From Pelagomonas calceolata (Eukaryota): 64,000 nucleotides of DNA. Within the stretch, counting starts at the first letter, position 1. Each line of letters opens with the position of its first letter. Location: positions 1,054,001 to 1,118,000 of the forward strand of contig CAKKNE010000003.1 of assembly GCA_918797485.1 (NCBI GenBank). The letters are read 5' to 3'. Shown here piece by piece: positions 22,385 through 34,489 of the stretch. Under the pieces are notes generated by a model. It saw only the letters and a program-made list of their open reading frames with translations, did not search any database and was not told where the DNA came from. The position numbers and the translations under genes were made by a program.

Positions 22385-22524
22385 CCGCTGGGACTCGACT
22401 TGGCAAAGCACTCGACCGCTGACGGGCGTGGATAAGCCATTCGTTGCGTAACGACGTTCGGTTCATTCCTGCACTGGATAGCATCGCAAAGCCTTGCATC
22501 GCTCTACAGGCTGCAGCTGTGGCT

Positions 22525-22584
22525 CACTACTCACTGGCTGCTGCATTGCTGCCGCACTACTCACTGGCTGCTGCATTGCTGCCG
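22525..22584. repeat. Perfect 30-bp tandem duplication
   Basis: CACTACTCACTGGCTGCTGCATTGCTGCCG x2, just upstream of ATG 22603. Confidence 0.95.
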
Positions 22585-22602
22585 CGCGCAAGTAGTTAAA
22601 TA

Positions 22603-23478
22603 ATGGCAACACTCCTCACATTCCTCGGCCGCACCCTCTACCAGCACCGCCCATTCAACGACGTCGACGAGGCGCACATCCGCCGCGTCAGCAACGGCGC
22701 TAATGTTGCCGCGGCGGCAAACCCGGGCCTGCGCGTGATTCCGGGCTTCGTGGCAGCGGACGAGTTGGACGAGGTGGCGTCCTGTGCGCGTGAGTGCCTC
22801 GACCGCTATGGACGCCAAATGTTGCGGCCGAGAGATAAGGCGTATTTCGAAGGACAGATGGCTCATCTCACGAAGAGCGAACGACCATTCGTAAACGCGG
22901 AGCGCGTCACGGGCCGGTTCGAGCGCCCGGACCAGCCGCTGGCACCCTGGGGCCACGGCGACGAGTTTGATGTAGAAGCGCTGCCCGCGGTCTTGAGGAA
23001 GCTCGCCGAGCGCGCGCGCGCGTCGCCGCTCGCGCTCGGTCCGCTGCGCGACGTGACGATCAACCGGCGGCGCGACGGCTACTTTCGGTTGGACCCACAT
23101 CTTGATCCAGCGAAAGACGGGCCCAATGTGTGTATTGTCGGCCTGCTCTCGGACACGGTGCTGACGCTGTCGCCGGTCGGCCCGCCGGACTCGACGACGT
23201 GCGACCAGGAGGCGGTATCTATGAATTCCTGGGACGCGGCCGATGTAGACGTCCTCGCAACAATCGGGACTCTCGTCCACTTGTCGGGCAAGGCGCGGAT
23301 GGAGCTCCACCACGGCATCCGGCTGGGCGTCTCGCGGCGGCAGCTTTCGGAGGCCGGCGTTGACGTTGACGGCGACGTCCTCTACGACTGGTGGGGCGCG
23401 CCGGCCCGCCCAATGAAACGGAACCGGGAGCGCATCTCGATCGTCTTCGCCTTCGGCGAGCCCTCGTTAATAGACTAG
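22603..23478 (+). CDS. AlkB-like 2OG-Fe(II) oxygenase
   Basis: GLRVIPGFV, HxD (PHLD), distal H (HHGI), RISIVF. Confidence 0.75.
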   Translation: MATLLTFLGRTLYQHRPFNDVDEAHIRRVSNGANVAAAANPGLRVIPGFVAADELDEVASCARECLDRYGRQMLRPRDKAYFEGQMAHLTKSERPFVNAERVTGRFERPDQPLAPWGHGDEFDVEALPAVLRKLAERARASPLALGPLRDVTINRRRDGYFRLDPHLDPAKDGPNVCIVGLLSDTVLTLSPVGPPDSTTCDQEAVSMNSWDAADVDVLATIGTLVHLSGKARMELHHGIRLGVSRRQLSEAGVDVDGDVLYDWWGAPARPMKRNRERISIVFAFGEPSLID

Positions 23479-23488
23479 TTTTGTGTTG

Positions 23489-24640
23489 TTAATAAGCTTC
23501 CCATACCACCTCGGACGCGTCGAAGCGGTTCTCCTTCGGCACGTCACCCTTCTTTTTCAGGTGCGCGTCGAGGAACGCGCGGCCGTACTCGTTGCAGACG
23601 GCGTGCTGCTCCGCGATATCTAAAGGCTCGTAGGTGCCCCCGTCCAGACTCTTGGAGGGGCCGATGCCGTTGCCGTACGCGGCGTTGTACAAATCGCAGG
23701 ACGTGAACGAGCAGTGGCCGCCCCTCACGATCTCGAGGTAGGCCGCCGGGCCCTGATGTTGGGTAGCGTAGTCCTGGGCCGCGGCGTTGCCTTCGACACC
23801 GATGACCGTGTCCTCGCGGCCGACCATGACCAACGCAGGTACCGTAGAAGTGTGGCCCTTGGATAGTTTGCCTGCATCGGACATCGCTAGGGAAGGACAC
23901 ATGAGGACCGCAGCCTTGATCCGCGGGTCGTTCCGCTCACAGTAGGCGGCCGTCGTCCAGCCGCCGAAGGACATGCCCGTCACGGCGCACTTGTCCGCAT
24001 CGACGGCGTCTCCTAAGTCGTCGATGACGCCGTCGAGGACGACCTTGACGTCGGCGACGCGATCGCTCTCCATCCTCGACCGCTTCGACCGCTCGCCGCC
24101 CGGCGTGATGACTTGACCATCCACCACGGTGAAGCGCGCGCTCCCCGGGTGGTCGCAGGCGCAAACAACATAACCATGGCTCGCCAAATGTTCCGTCCAA
24201 AAAGCGTACGATGCCCTATAGGCGCCGGAGCCGTGCGAGAACGCGACGACGGGCCACCTTTCCTCTTTATTTATCTCGGCGCCTCGTACGGCGACGCAGG
24301 GCCAGGCCGCATCGATTTTGTCGATGGTGAGGCCGTCGGCGTAGCCGCCGATGGCGTCCGGCTTCTCGGCCGCTTGTATAATTTCCTTGGGGGGAGCAGC
24401 AACGCCGCAGAGGAAGTCCGAGAAGGCGCTCGGCTTGGCATCGGTCTGCGCGGCTGGGTACCAGACCTCGGTCTGCAGCTTGCGCGGCGCGCCGTCCTCT
24501 TGCCTTGATTCGTCTGTCAATTGAATCGTGCGCACGCCAACTGCGTACGGTCCTGGAGCTAGCCCGGTGACGCGCGACGTAGTCAGAGCGCGTGCCACCC
24601 CAGCAGACATAGCGGCTGCGGCGCGGCGGAGGAGGCGCAT
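23489..24640 (-). CDS. Alpha/beta hydrolase (PAF-acetylhydrolase / dienelactone hydrolase-like)
   Basis: GPYAVG, EVWYPA, FSHGSG, HLASHGYVV, GMSFGG nucleophile elbow, GHCSF. Confidence 0.88.
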   Translation of the reverse strand: MRLLRRAAAAMSAGVARALTTSRVTGLAPGPYAVGVRTIQLTDESRQEDGAPRKLQTEVWYPAAQTDAKPSAFSDFLCGVAAPPKEIIQAAEKPDAIGGYADGLTIDKIDAAWPCVAVRGAEINKEERWPVVAFSHGSGAYRASYAFWTEHLASHGYVVCACDHPGSARFTVVDGQVITPGGERSKRSRMESDRVADVKVVLDGVIDDLGDAVDADKCAVTGMSFGGWTTAAYCERNDPRIKAAVLMCPSLAMSDAGKLSKGHTSTVPALVMVGREDTVIGVEGNAAAQDYATQHQGPAAYLEIVRGGHCSFTSCDLYNAAYGNGIGPSKSLDGGTYEPLDIAEQHAVCNEYGRAFLDAHLKKKGDVPKENRFDASEVVWEAY

Positions 24641-24775
24641 CGATGCTCTCAGCTCGCTAGCGGTTCAGCAGAGGTGCAGTGCAGCGCTGCGATAGCAGTG
24701 ATGCGGCAGCGATGCGTGCTGCAAATGGCTAGCTCTGCTGCTGCGCTGCGGCACACAATGTTGGAGTGCTTGCAG

Positions 24776-24797
24776 CTAGTGTCTTACAGGCCGCTAG
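24776..24797. promoter_or_regulatory. CTAG-flanked upstream motif
   Basis: CTAGTGTCTTACAGGCCGCTAG. Confidence 0.65.
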
Positions 24798-24902
24798 CTA
24801 ACTAGTGCTGGTCTGTACCTCGCCGAAGTTTCTTCCTTACGACATACTCTCTCATACGCGCAAACGCAGAGGCGCCTTGGGGAGCCAGGCCAGACATAAA
24901 AA

Positions 24903-25739
24903 ATGGTGCTTGATGAAGATATTGTAGAGGCTGTGATTACGGGCAATATCGACGCGGTGAAGGCGTGGATTGCCGCAGATCAATCGCGCGTGAACGATTT
25001 CGCCACCTTTCCTGGCTCCGAGATGAAATTTACGCTGCTCTCTATCGCCGTCACCGGCAGGCGCGACGAAACAAAGCTCTCGCTAGTCCGTTTGCTCCTC
25101 GCGAACGGCGCCGACCCGTCCGTATGTCATGCGCCGGGGTTGACTGCGTTGTATATAGCCTCAGCATGTTCTAGCCAAGGTGAACACACGGTCGATATCG
25201 TGTCGACACTTCTCGAGGCGGCTCCGCTTTCCAGCCAAATCTCTGGTGGGATGACTCCACTCCGCGCGCCTATCGTCCAAGGATTCGCCACTGACGGAGA
25301 ATTCGATATTCATAGGGAAAGGGACGCAGTGGAAGTTATCAAGCTGTTGCTGCGCCACGGAGCGCCACTGGACGATTACCCCAACTACTCGGGAGATAGA
25401 CCGCGGTTTTCGGCCGACGCATCAATGAGGGAAGGCGAAACGAAATTTCCCGGATTAGCTCAAAACGAGGCTTTCGTCGAAGCAAAAGCGCTGATCTCCG
25501 GCGTGCGCGCGTGCGGCGGTAGCTGGAAGTCCTACTGTAGGCTGCCGCACAAGCAGATTCTCCGCCTCCGATCGCTCCTCTCGCGCGGCCGCGCGCGTCC
25601 AAGACGCGAACCCATACTCGAAAGAGACATACTCGAAAAACGCGCGGCGGCCGCCTATCGGTCGATTGTCTTCCTGTGCAAGCTCGGGGACAACGGCATC
25701 GTGTGGAAAATCCTCGAGTTCTGGCAAGTGGCGCGGTAA
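24903..25739 (+). CDS. Ankyrin-repeat protein
   Basis: LVRLLLANGADP, GLTALY, IKLLLRHGA. Confidence 0.8.
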   Translation: MVLDEDIVEAVITGNIDAVKAWIAADQSRVNDFATFPGSEMKFTLLSIAVTGRRDETKLSLVRLLLANGADPSVCHAPGLTALYIASACSSQGEHTVDIVSTLLEAAPLSSQISGGMTPLRAPIVQGFATDGEFDIHRERDAVEVIKLLLRHGAPLDDYPNYSGDRPRFSADASMREGETKFPGLAQNEAFVEAKALISGVRACGGSWKSYCRLPHKQILRLRSLLSRGRARPRREPILERDILEKRAAAAYRSIVFLCKLGDNGIVWKILEFWQVAR

Positions 25740-25798
25740 GTGGCGCGGTGAGTAAGGGTGACTAGAACGTATAACTTACCCCCGAGGACGCCCACAGC

Positions 25799-28700
25799 TC
25801 ACTCCGCCAGCTTGTTGCGCAGGGCGTCGCACGTCGCCTTGGCGTCGCCCAGGAGCATGGCGTTGTTGGGCTTGTAGAAGACTGGGTTGTCGGCGCCCGC
25901 GTACCCGACGCCCATCGTGCGCTTCAGGACGACCGACTGCTTCGCCTTCCACACCTCGATGACGGGCATGCCCGCGATGGCGCTGTTCGGGTCCTCCTGC
26001 GCGCCCGAGTTCACGGTGTCGTTCGCCCCAATCACAATGGCAACCTGTGTGGAAATAAAATTTCACGGCGCGTCTCGCCCACGGCCGAATCACGACAACC
26101 ACGCCATCGACGCGACGCCAGCTCGATGGCGTGGCGGACTGGCTCTCTCACCACCCAATGAGCCAGTATGGCGCGTTGTGTCGCCGAGAAATGATGTGCG
26201 GGTTGAGTTCCACACGGATAACAAACGTCCGTCTCCGGAAGGTCCGGGTTGATCTCCTCCATCTCTTCCACAATATCGTAGGGCACGCCCGCCTCCGCGA
26301 GTAGAACGTTCAACTGCCCGGGCATCCTCCCAGCGACGGGATGCACCGCGAAGCGCGTCTGCACGCCGCTATCGTTCAGCAGCTTGGCGATCTCCGCGAC
26401 GGCGTACTGCGCCTTCGCAACAGCTAACCCATAGCCCGGCACGATGATGACCGAAGAAGCTTCCTTGAGCATGGTGGCACATTCTTCCACATCAATCTCG
26501 GAATGAGTACCGGTGATCTCCATGGCGGGACCCTTCGCCTCCTCGCCGAAGCCTCCTAGGATCACGGAGGCGATATCTCTATTCATGGCCTCGCACATGA
26601 TGTGCGTTAAAATGGCGCCTGACGAGCCGATTAAGGCACCTACTACCGTGAGCAGAGGGTTATCCAACATGAATCCTTCCGCACATAACGCCCATCCTGA
26701 ATAGCTGTTAAGTACGGTAATAACGACGGGCATGTCCGCGCCACCGATCGACGCCGTCATGTGCACACCGAGAGCGCCCGACAGACCAGTCGCGGCTCCG
26801 AGGCATAACAGACCAGTCTCGGGCGATGGGTTCGTCAGGAATAAACCGAACGCTCCTAAGGAAGCGGCACCCATGGCCATGTTCATCTGGTCCCGTCCCG
26901 CGAGTTGTAAAGGCGCACTCCCCAGATTACCGTTCAATTTCCCAAAGGCCACGACTGACCCAGTCGCCGTGATGCCCCCGATCCACGTCGCTAAATACAA
27001 CGAGGTATTGGTCACGGCATCGATGGACGCCGGGCCGTGTTCGGTGAGATGGACGTACTCGCCGACGGCGGTGGCCGCGGCCGCGACACCGACCAACGAG
27101 TGGAACGCCGCCACGGTCTGGGGCAGTTCCGTCGGTCCGACTTTCGACGCGATCGCATAGCCCGCGCCGCCGCCGACGCCCAGCAGCCCGGCTATTTGTA
27201 AGGCAGTAGCGGGATCCGGGTGCATCGCGCCGAGCGTGACGCCCATGCCTAACGTCACGCCCGCCTGGCCTAACGTGTTGCCTAGTCTCGCGGTGTGTTG
27301 CTCGGCTAAGCCCGCGATGCCGCCGATGCAGCATAAGCCCGAAGCTAGGGAGACGACGGGCGCGAGATCACCTAACCCGGACATACCAGCAATACCATAG
27401 GCACCCAAAGTGCCGACCACGGGAATCGCATAGAGCTCGGGGTGCTCGTCCGGGTCGCCTTCTCGCTTGAAGAGATCGAGCATCTTCTTGGTCACTAAGA
27501 ACCCTCCGACAATATTGACGGTAGAAATAGCCGTCGCCGTCGCACCCAGTACTTGAGCAGAAGTAGAAGGCACGACACCACCACCAACTAACGAGAGACC
27601 GCCAACCGCAGTCATGCCACTAATCGCATTGGTGACGGCCATCAGAGGACTGTGGAGCGCCGGCGCGACGCCAAACACGGTGTAGTAGCCGATGACCGTC
27701 GAGAGGCAGAACGTCGCGAGGATCGGGGGCTGGACACCACTCCCAAGACCCATGAAGACGGCCGAACCGATGGACGCGTTCCGCGCCGCCAGCATGTACT
27801 CCTGGTACGGGTCCGGAGGGGGCGCCTCTTCGACCACTTCTTCTACCACTTCGCTGGCAGCGGCCTCGACGACGGGCGGCGGCGGCGGCGTGTAGGGCCA
27901 CGTCGACTTGCCCTGGTCGAGGACCAACATGGGCCGCACGGCCTCGTCCTCATGATCAATAAGGAACTCATCAGCAACCTTAGTGGTGAAGGGCCCCGCA
28001 GACAGGAAGAACTTCGTGATGTTGTTCGCGTAGAGGTCGGTGGACGTGCGAGCTAGTCTAGACGGCAGGTCCGTGTAGCCTAAGCAGATGACGCCGTTCT
28101 CCGTGATTATTTTCTGATCCGCGACCGTCGTGGCCACGTTGCCTCCCGCCTCCGCAGCTAAGTCCACAGTGACCGAACCAGAACCCATGGCCTTGACCAT
28201 CTCCGCGTCGATCATGACGGGGGCCTTCCGGCCGGGAATCAGGGCCGTCGTGACGATGACGTCCACCTCGGAACACTGCTTGAGGAGCATTTCCCTAGCA
28301 GCGGCATGCCACTCCGCGGACATCTCCTTGGCGTAGCCGCCCGCACCGCTGCCGTCCTCCTCGAAGTCGACTTTGAGAAATTGCGCGCCCATCGCTTCAA
28401 TCTGTTCGGCGGCCGCGGCTCTCACGTCAAAGCCTCTTACAATAGCGCCCATGTTCTTCGCCGTTTGTATCGCGGCTAGTCCCGCAACACCACCTCCAAG
28501 CACCAGGACTTTGGCGGGCGGGACCTTGCCCGCGGCCGTCATCTGGCCGGCGAAGAACCGCCCGAATTCATTTGAAGCTTCGATCACGGCTCTATACCCA
28601 GCAATGTTCGCCTGGGAGCTGAGAGCGTCATACGTCTGGCCTCTCGACAGTGTGCGGGGGATGCAGTCCATCGCGAGCACCGTATGGTTATCTTTGGCTA

Positions 28701-29094
28701 ACGTTTTGACGAGGTCCTCGTTCTGGCCGGGCTGGATGAAGCTGATCAGCGTGTTCTTCGGTTTCAGACTTCCAGCTTCTTCGAGCGAGGGCGGTCTCAG
28801 TTTCAAAACGACGTCGGCGTTGTAGGCATCTTGGGCGCTTACGATTTTTGCGCCCGCCGCCTCGTAGGCCGCGTTCGAGTAGGACGCGCCCATGCCGGCG
28901 CCGTCCTCGATGAGCACTTCTCCAATACCATTCTTCTTCAGGAGCGCTACACTGGTGGGAGATGCGGCGCAGCGCTTTTCGAGTGGAAACGTCTCCTTCG
29001 GGACGCCGACGGCCAGGGCCTCGTATTTCAGGCCCGTCGAGGCGCTGCGGCGCGCGAGGCGCAGCGATTGCGCTCGTAGAGTTGGCAGGTACAT
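25799..29094 (-). CDS. NNT: Mitochondrial NAD(P) transhydrogenase (alpha-beta fusion), intron 26045-26226
   Basis: [35 protein letters not shown]; splicing restores [15 protein letters not shown]. Confidence 0.97.
26045..26226 (-). mobile_element. Introner-element-derived intron (182 nt)
   Basis: TIR CCGTGTGGAACTCAA / TTTATTTCCACACAG; two inverted core motifs; decayed TSD. Confidence 0.9.
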
Positions 29095-29640
29095 GGCTCT
29101 GTGCGCCGCGCCGCGCGTAGAAACTGGTGGCCTTGCTGGGTTCAACGCTCTGCAGCGGCCAGATTACGCGGCGCCGCTCGCCGCAGCACCAGAGCGCTGC
29201 GCGGCGATCCCTGACCACCTCTAACTTGCACCGGTGCGCTCAGACCAGGCGTAACCGGCGCCCGAGCACGGCCGCGAGTGGTTTTGTCTTTGTTTGGGTC
29301 CGCATCGTACGTATCGGACGGACGCGTGAACCATCGCCGGAGTCGTTTGACGACTGGGTAAAAGCACACAAGACGACCGGTCAGTTGGTTGCGTGAAACC
29401 CTAGCTGTGAGACTCTAGAGTTTGTCTTGTCTCCGGAGCCGCATTAAAATCACGCTGCGTGCCCGAATAGGTGGCCGCTGTGTGCTCAAAGCACGTGTTG
29501 TTGCTTTGGTTTCAATTGGCGAAGCGGTTGCGCATCGCTGCGGATCGCTACGCGTCGCGTACGCAGTGAGTGCACCTGGCCTGCGGCGCCTGCGGCACGG
29601 CATAACGTAGCTGTGGAATTTGTTGTGACAATCCGTTAAA

Positions 29641-30905
29641 ATGTCGACCAGCGGCCCAGTAGAAGATAAAGCAGACGCGCCAGCCGACGACGACGATGAC
29701 GCCGCGACCGTCGCCGCCGACGATAGAAACGACAACGAAGCCGCCCGCGCCGCCGCCGCGACGGCCCTGTGGACGCGCTGCCTGGAGCATGCAGGCACGA
29801 GCCCGCGGGACCAGAAAATACCAACACACGTCGCCGTGCTGAAGGACATCCATGGTGCAGACTACTCGACTTTATTGAAATGCCCGCTCGACGACCGTTC
29901 TGAACATCCCTACGGCCAGAAGGGCGAGCGGAAGCTCGCCGCGACGGGCGCCCTCGCGCGGTGTAGGATCGAGTTCTTCGCGAGCGACTACACGGGCTTG
30001 TTCCGGCAAGGCGCGCGGACGGGCTTGATTCGGTTCAGTACCGCGGTCGCGCCGCCGACGGGCGCCGCGTCATTAGTACTGGGCAAGGCCAAGCACAGTA
30101 AGCTCTTCCCGCTCGTGGCGATCAAATGCATGCGCGCCAACGGGCCGTCGGGCAATTTGCTATTTGCCGGCGCCAAGACGGGCCAGGCGGAACGCGACTT
30201 CTTCTCCCACGGCCTCTGCACGCAGCTCACGCGGAAAGTCCCGACGGCGGCGCAGCCCGCCCTGCGCGCCTTCGAGAAGTACTCGAAATATCCCCTCGCG
30301 TTGGGTCTGTCCGAGTTTGCGTCTCTGGACGAGGACGGCTGCGATTTGTCGGGCGGCTGCGAGGAGCTCGGCGCGACGTTTCCGTGGGCCTTGCACCTCC
30401 ATCCACGCGTGGCGTCGCCGCCGCTACCCGATGGAGCCCCAAACACCGCATTTGTGGATGCATTGCTAGCGACGATCGCGCCGGAGACCGTTCTCTACGA
30501 CGTCTACGCGGCGGCGTCGCCGGACGCCGTCTCCGGTAAAGACGCGCGCGTCGAGCGCATTGGCCGCGTCGTCGCGACGTCGGTGGCGATACCCTCGCCG
30601 GCTGGGTCGCCGATCGTGTTTCGCCACCAGGCCAAGGAGGACGACTACGCGCTGCGGCCCGAGTCCAGCACGGTGTCCCAACACAACCTGTTACTGGCGT
30701 CACTGATATTTCTACGCATAGGTGGGCCTCGGACTTGAAGAAGCCTGTAATTACACACGATGGGGGCACCGGGACGGCTGGGAAGAACGTCGGCAGCAAG
30801 TTCTTCGATGGTCTGATCAAGGCCGGTCGCGTCGTCGACCGCGCGCCGTCGCGCCCCGCACCGCTGCGGCGCCAGCCGTTCGAGTGCCCCCTGGAAGGGC
30901 TGTGA
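29641..30905 (+). CDS. Conserved-looking hypothetical protein (possibly catalase-like fold), intron 30663-30721
   Basis: YTGLF...GLIRFS...FRHQAKEDDYALRPE|W; splicing extends the frame to TGA at 30905; fold call tentative. Confidence 0.6.
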
Positions 30906-31012
30906 TCGTATTAACTAGAGTTCTTGTACGCCGATGCGGTAACTGTGTACTTGTAAACTTGAGTACTTATCTACATTCCATACACCGGGCGCGGGCGCGT
31001 CGTGTCAGATCA

Positions 31013-34000
31013 TTACCACGGCCCGTAGTGCGAACCACCGCTCACGTAGTGCGACCGGCGCCGCGCCTGGCGCTGCTTCGTGCGCCACTTGGAGTTCACG
31101 CTCTTCCGAGCGACCTTCTTCTTGGGCGGCGGCGGCTGGCGCTTGTACTTCTCCGGTAACGATGAAGCCTCGAGAGCCGATAGCGCCTCGAGGCCCGAGA
31201 GTAACGCGGTGCCGTCGTTGCCGAGGTCTTTCCCACTGAGTAGGTCCGACACCTTTCTCGACACGACGTCGCGGAAGTCTCTGACAACACTACCTCCTTC
31301 CACGACGCATTTGAGCCACCCATCTAAGACTAGCGTCGTCTCGCCCTCCAGGTTGTTTCCCGTGAGCAAGAAGGGCGCGAGCGGCGGCGTCGGCGTCGCG
31401 TCCCGCACATAGACTTTCGTGGTCCGCACCTTCTCGTGGAAACAACAGTACGGCGACGGCCAGTGCGAACCGTTCAACCGACCACGAACACTAGAAGGAT
31501 GCACGCTCGCCGACTGCGGTTCCGATTCGACGCCGCGCGGGTCGCGGATCTCCAATTTCAAATTCTCGGGAGAACACGGGTTCTTCGTCTTCTTTGAGAG
31601 GGGAGCTTTCACGTAGGCGACTTGCGGGAACAGCGCCGCCGATACTAATGAGGCTACCACAGCATCCGAGGGAGGTGGCGGCGGCTGTGATCTTCTATAC
31701 GATGCCAATGCAGCTCTAACACCGTCCGTGTCTCCATAACTCTTTCCTAAGTATTCGACATCTCTCGCTCGTAACGTTCTGGGAGCGTTCCTAACTAACC
31801 CAGCTTGCGCCAGAGCTTCCAGTAATTGTCTTTTCAACAACCCAATCAATTGGAGCGTCTTGATGCCCAGGAACCTCTCACGAGCAAAATCATATTTATT
31901 ACGACCCGCGTCCTCGTACGCATCATAGGCGTTGCGAATACACAACAGATCAGAATGGCCGCAGTCGGAGGGACCGCCGTCGTAGGCACAAAAGGCTCGC
32001 TTCGACGCGTCGGCCTGTTCTCGTCGTTCCAACGGTGAGAGGAACGGTGACCTGTTACCTAGAGCGGCCGCAACGGTCAGAGCCGCGTCGAGACACCCGT
32101 CAAATACGCACCCGAGCACACACAACTTCCCTAGTCTAGCGTCCACCGGCAACCGAGCTAAAACAGCCCCCAAATCAGTTAACACTTCGTCCTCTTTATC
32201 TGGAAGTTTCTCCAAGGCTCCGATACTCATCAACGACGTCGCGGCGATTTGGACACTTTCAGGATCAGGGGGTTCGGGTAACGCGGCACACGCCTCCGCG
32301 GCGGTCTTTCCTGGCACGACGCCTTCCGGCAAGGCTTTCAATCTCAATACTAATTGATCCAACGCCACTCTCCGGACCTCCGGTTGGCTGTGCGTCTCGA
32401 GACAACCTTCCTCCCCGGCCCGTTCCACGGCGACACGCGGCATCAAATGAACACAAAGACCATCTCTGACACGTCCCGCGCGGCCTCGTCGCTGTTTCGC
32501 CGAAGAACGACTTACGTAGACGTCATCGAGCGACGCCATGTGTCTTTGGGGGTCGTACCGTTCTTCTTTGACTCTTCCAGCATCCACGACAAACCCAACG
32601 TCAGGGATCGTGATGGACGTCTCGGCCACATTTGTCGCGACTACTACCTTACAAATACCGGGAGGCGGGACCTCGAAGACCCGTCTTTGATCATCGGGCG
32701 GTAAAGAACCATGTAAAGGCCGTAACCAGTTCGGATCGAACCGGCCCGACCTCCTCAACCCTTGCAACACGTCGTCAATGTCCTGCACGCCCGCCACAAA
32801 GACCAACGTAGCCAACGGCGTCGAGGAAGCGCGAGGCGGCTGCCTCCTTTCACTATCAGCTATGGCCACGTCGACGTCTCCAGAACATTTCAGCGAGAAC
32901 CACTCGACGAGGTCGCAGACTAAATCAACGTTCAGGATGTTCTCATCCAGATCGACGGGTAGGCCTCGTCTCCGACACTCGTGCGGATCTCTCGGGAGCA
33001 ACTGGAGGTTCTTGAGGCCGCCGTTCCGTTCCACATCAGCTAACCGTTTCTGGATTCTTTCTGATTTAGCTGATGATTTATGCCAGTCTCTAGCAGGGTG
33101 CACCACATGTCTCGTAACAGATAAAGCCTCTTCCAAGTAAAGAGCGTGGACCGGATAAGCTCTACCAGGAAACCGGACCGAGGGGCACTTGGACCCAAAG
33201 TACTTCTGCACGGCTTCCCCCGGCATCGTCGCGCTCATCAATACGATTCGTAAGTCTGTTCTCGTTTTGAGTAATTGCGCGAGAGCTAACAGTAAAAAGT
33301 CGGACTCCAGCGACCGTTCGTGGACCTCATCTACAATAACGTGAGTGACGCCTTCTAAGCCATCTTCTTGGAGTCTTCGGAGCGCGACGCCCGTCGTGCA
33401 TAGCGTCAACGCTGTTCTGGGGGAGAGTCGCGCTTCGCCCTTGATGGCATAACCAACGACGTCGCCGCACTGCTCTCCTCTCTCGTTAGCTATTCTATCA
33501 GCCACACCTATTGCTGCTATGCGTCTAGGTTGAGTTACCACTACATCCACAGCTTTGCCGGTAGCACAAGCCTCCTCGAGGATGTACTGGGGCACCTGCG
33601 TGGACTTGCCGCTGCCCGTCTCGCCTTCTACGACTAAACAAGGCGCTTCGGACGTCAATGAGGCAAGAGCCTCCAGTAAACCGCTCCGGTGCTCGAAGAC
33701 CGGCAAGGAGCGTCTAACATCTCTCAGGGGCTCGCTCAAAGCTTTCGCCGGAACCTTCGCCACGTTCTTCTGGTGGGAGCGCTGGCGCACTTGTTCATCA
33801 CCAGAAGACGAGCCAACATCATCACCTATCGACTCGACGGCCGCCTTGGCTCTCAGTAGAGCACTCCCTTCGACCCGCACAAAGGTTGTGGGCGGCGCCC
33901 AGGGTCCACTTACTACATTTTTTTTCGTAGATGTAGGTGCAGACACGCTAGGAGCTTTACTGGAATCCGGATCGTGCCCGTACTGCAAAGCAGCTCTGCG

Positions 34001-34489
34001 TAATTCGGGATCCTTGAGCGGAGGGATCGCGCCCGCCGCGTTCGGCGCCAGGCCCGCGAAGCCCAGACCTCGCGAACGGTTCCGGTGTTTCTTGGACGCG
34101 ATGTGTTGCTTGAACGCAGCTTCTCCGGAGCAGTCGGCGCCGCAGACGCCGCATCTTAAATAATTGGCTTGCTCGTGGCCGCCGAACTTTTGTGCTACGG
34201 GTGGTGGCTGTGTGAACCGCTGCAATGCTTGCTGGAAGTTCGTGCTTTGGACTTGATCTCTATATAGCTGAGGCGGCGCGTACGTTGCTAATGAAGGTAA
34301 CGGTGCCGCTTCGGAGCGGTGGCGTTTCCTTGGTTCATCATCATCATGACGGCTGCGCTTTTTCTTCTTCTTTTTGTCCTTGTCTCGATCGAGGTCGCGG
34401 CGCTCCCTCTTCAGGGCTTCGCGCTCGCGTTCGATTTCTCGTCGTTGTTTCGCGAGGGCCTTGCGTTCGGCTTCGAGGTCGTTAGGCAT
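31013..34489 (-). CDS. DEAH-box RNA helicase (DHX57/DHX36-like) with N-terminal C2H2 zinc finger
   Basis: GETGSGKST, TQPRRIAA, DEVHER, MSAT, ATNVAETSITI, QRRGRAGR; CGVC...HIASKKH. Confidence 0.93.
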   Translation of the reverse strand: MPNDLEAERKALAKQRREIEREREALKRERRDLDRDKDKKKKKKRSRHDDDEPRKRHRSEAAPLPSLATYAPPQLYRDQVQSTNFQQALQRFTQPPPVAQKFGGHEQANYLRCGVCGADCSGEAAFKQHIASKKHRNRSRGLGFAGLAPNAAGAIPPLKDPELRRAALQYGHDPDSSKAPSVSAPTSTKKNVVSGPWAPPTTFVRVEGSALLRAKAAVESIGDDVGSSSGDEQVRQRSHQKNVAKVPAKALSEPLRDVRRSLPVFEHRSGLLEALASLTSEAPCLVVEGETGSGKSTQVPQYILEEACATGKAVDVVVTQPRRIAAIGVADRIANERGEQCGDVVGYAIKGEARLSPRTALTLCTTGVALRRLQEDGLEGVTHVIVDEVHERSLESDFLLLALAQLLKTRTDLRIVLMSATMPGEAVQKYFGSKCPSVRFPGRAYPVHALYLEEALSVTRHVVHPARDWHKSSAKSERIQKRLADVERNGGLKNLQLLPRDPHECRRRGLPVDLDENILNVDLVCDLVEWFSLKCSGDVDVAIADSERRQPPRASSTPLATLVFVAGVQDIDDVLQGLRRSGRFDPNWLRPLHGSLPPDDQRRVFEVPPPGICKVVVATNVAETSITIPDVGFVVDAGRVKEERYDPQRHMASLDDVYVSRSSAKQRRGRAGRVRDGLCVHLMPRVAVERAGEEGCLETHSQPEVRRVALDQLVLRLKALPEGVVPGKTAAEACAALPEPPDPESVQIAATSLMSIGALEKLPDKEDEVLTDLGAVLARLPVDARLGKLCVLGCVFDGCLDAALTVAAALGNRSPFLSPLERREQADASKRAFCAYDGGPSDCGHSDLLCIRNAYDAYEDAGRNKYDFARERFLGIKTLQLIGLLKRQLLEALAQAGLVRNAPRTLRARDVEYLGKSYGDTDGVRAALASYRRSQPPPPPSDAVVASLVSAALFPQVAYVKAPLSKKTKNPCSPENLKLEIRDPRGVESEPQSASVHPSSVRGRLNGSHWPSPYCCFHEKVRTTKVYVRDATPTPPLAPFLLTGNNLEGETTLVLDGWLKCVVEGGSVVRDFRDVVSRKVSDLLSGKDLGNDGTALLSGLEALSALEASSLPEKYKRQPPPPKKKVARKSVNSKWRTKQRQARRRSHYVSGGSHYGPW

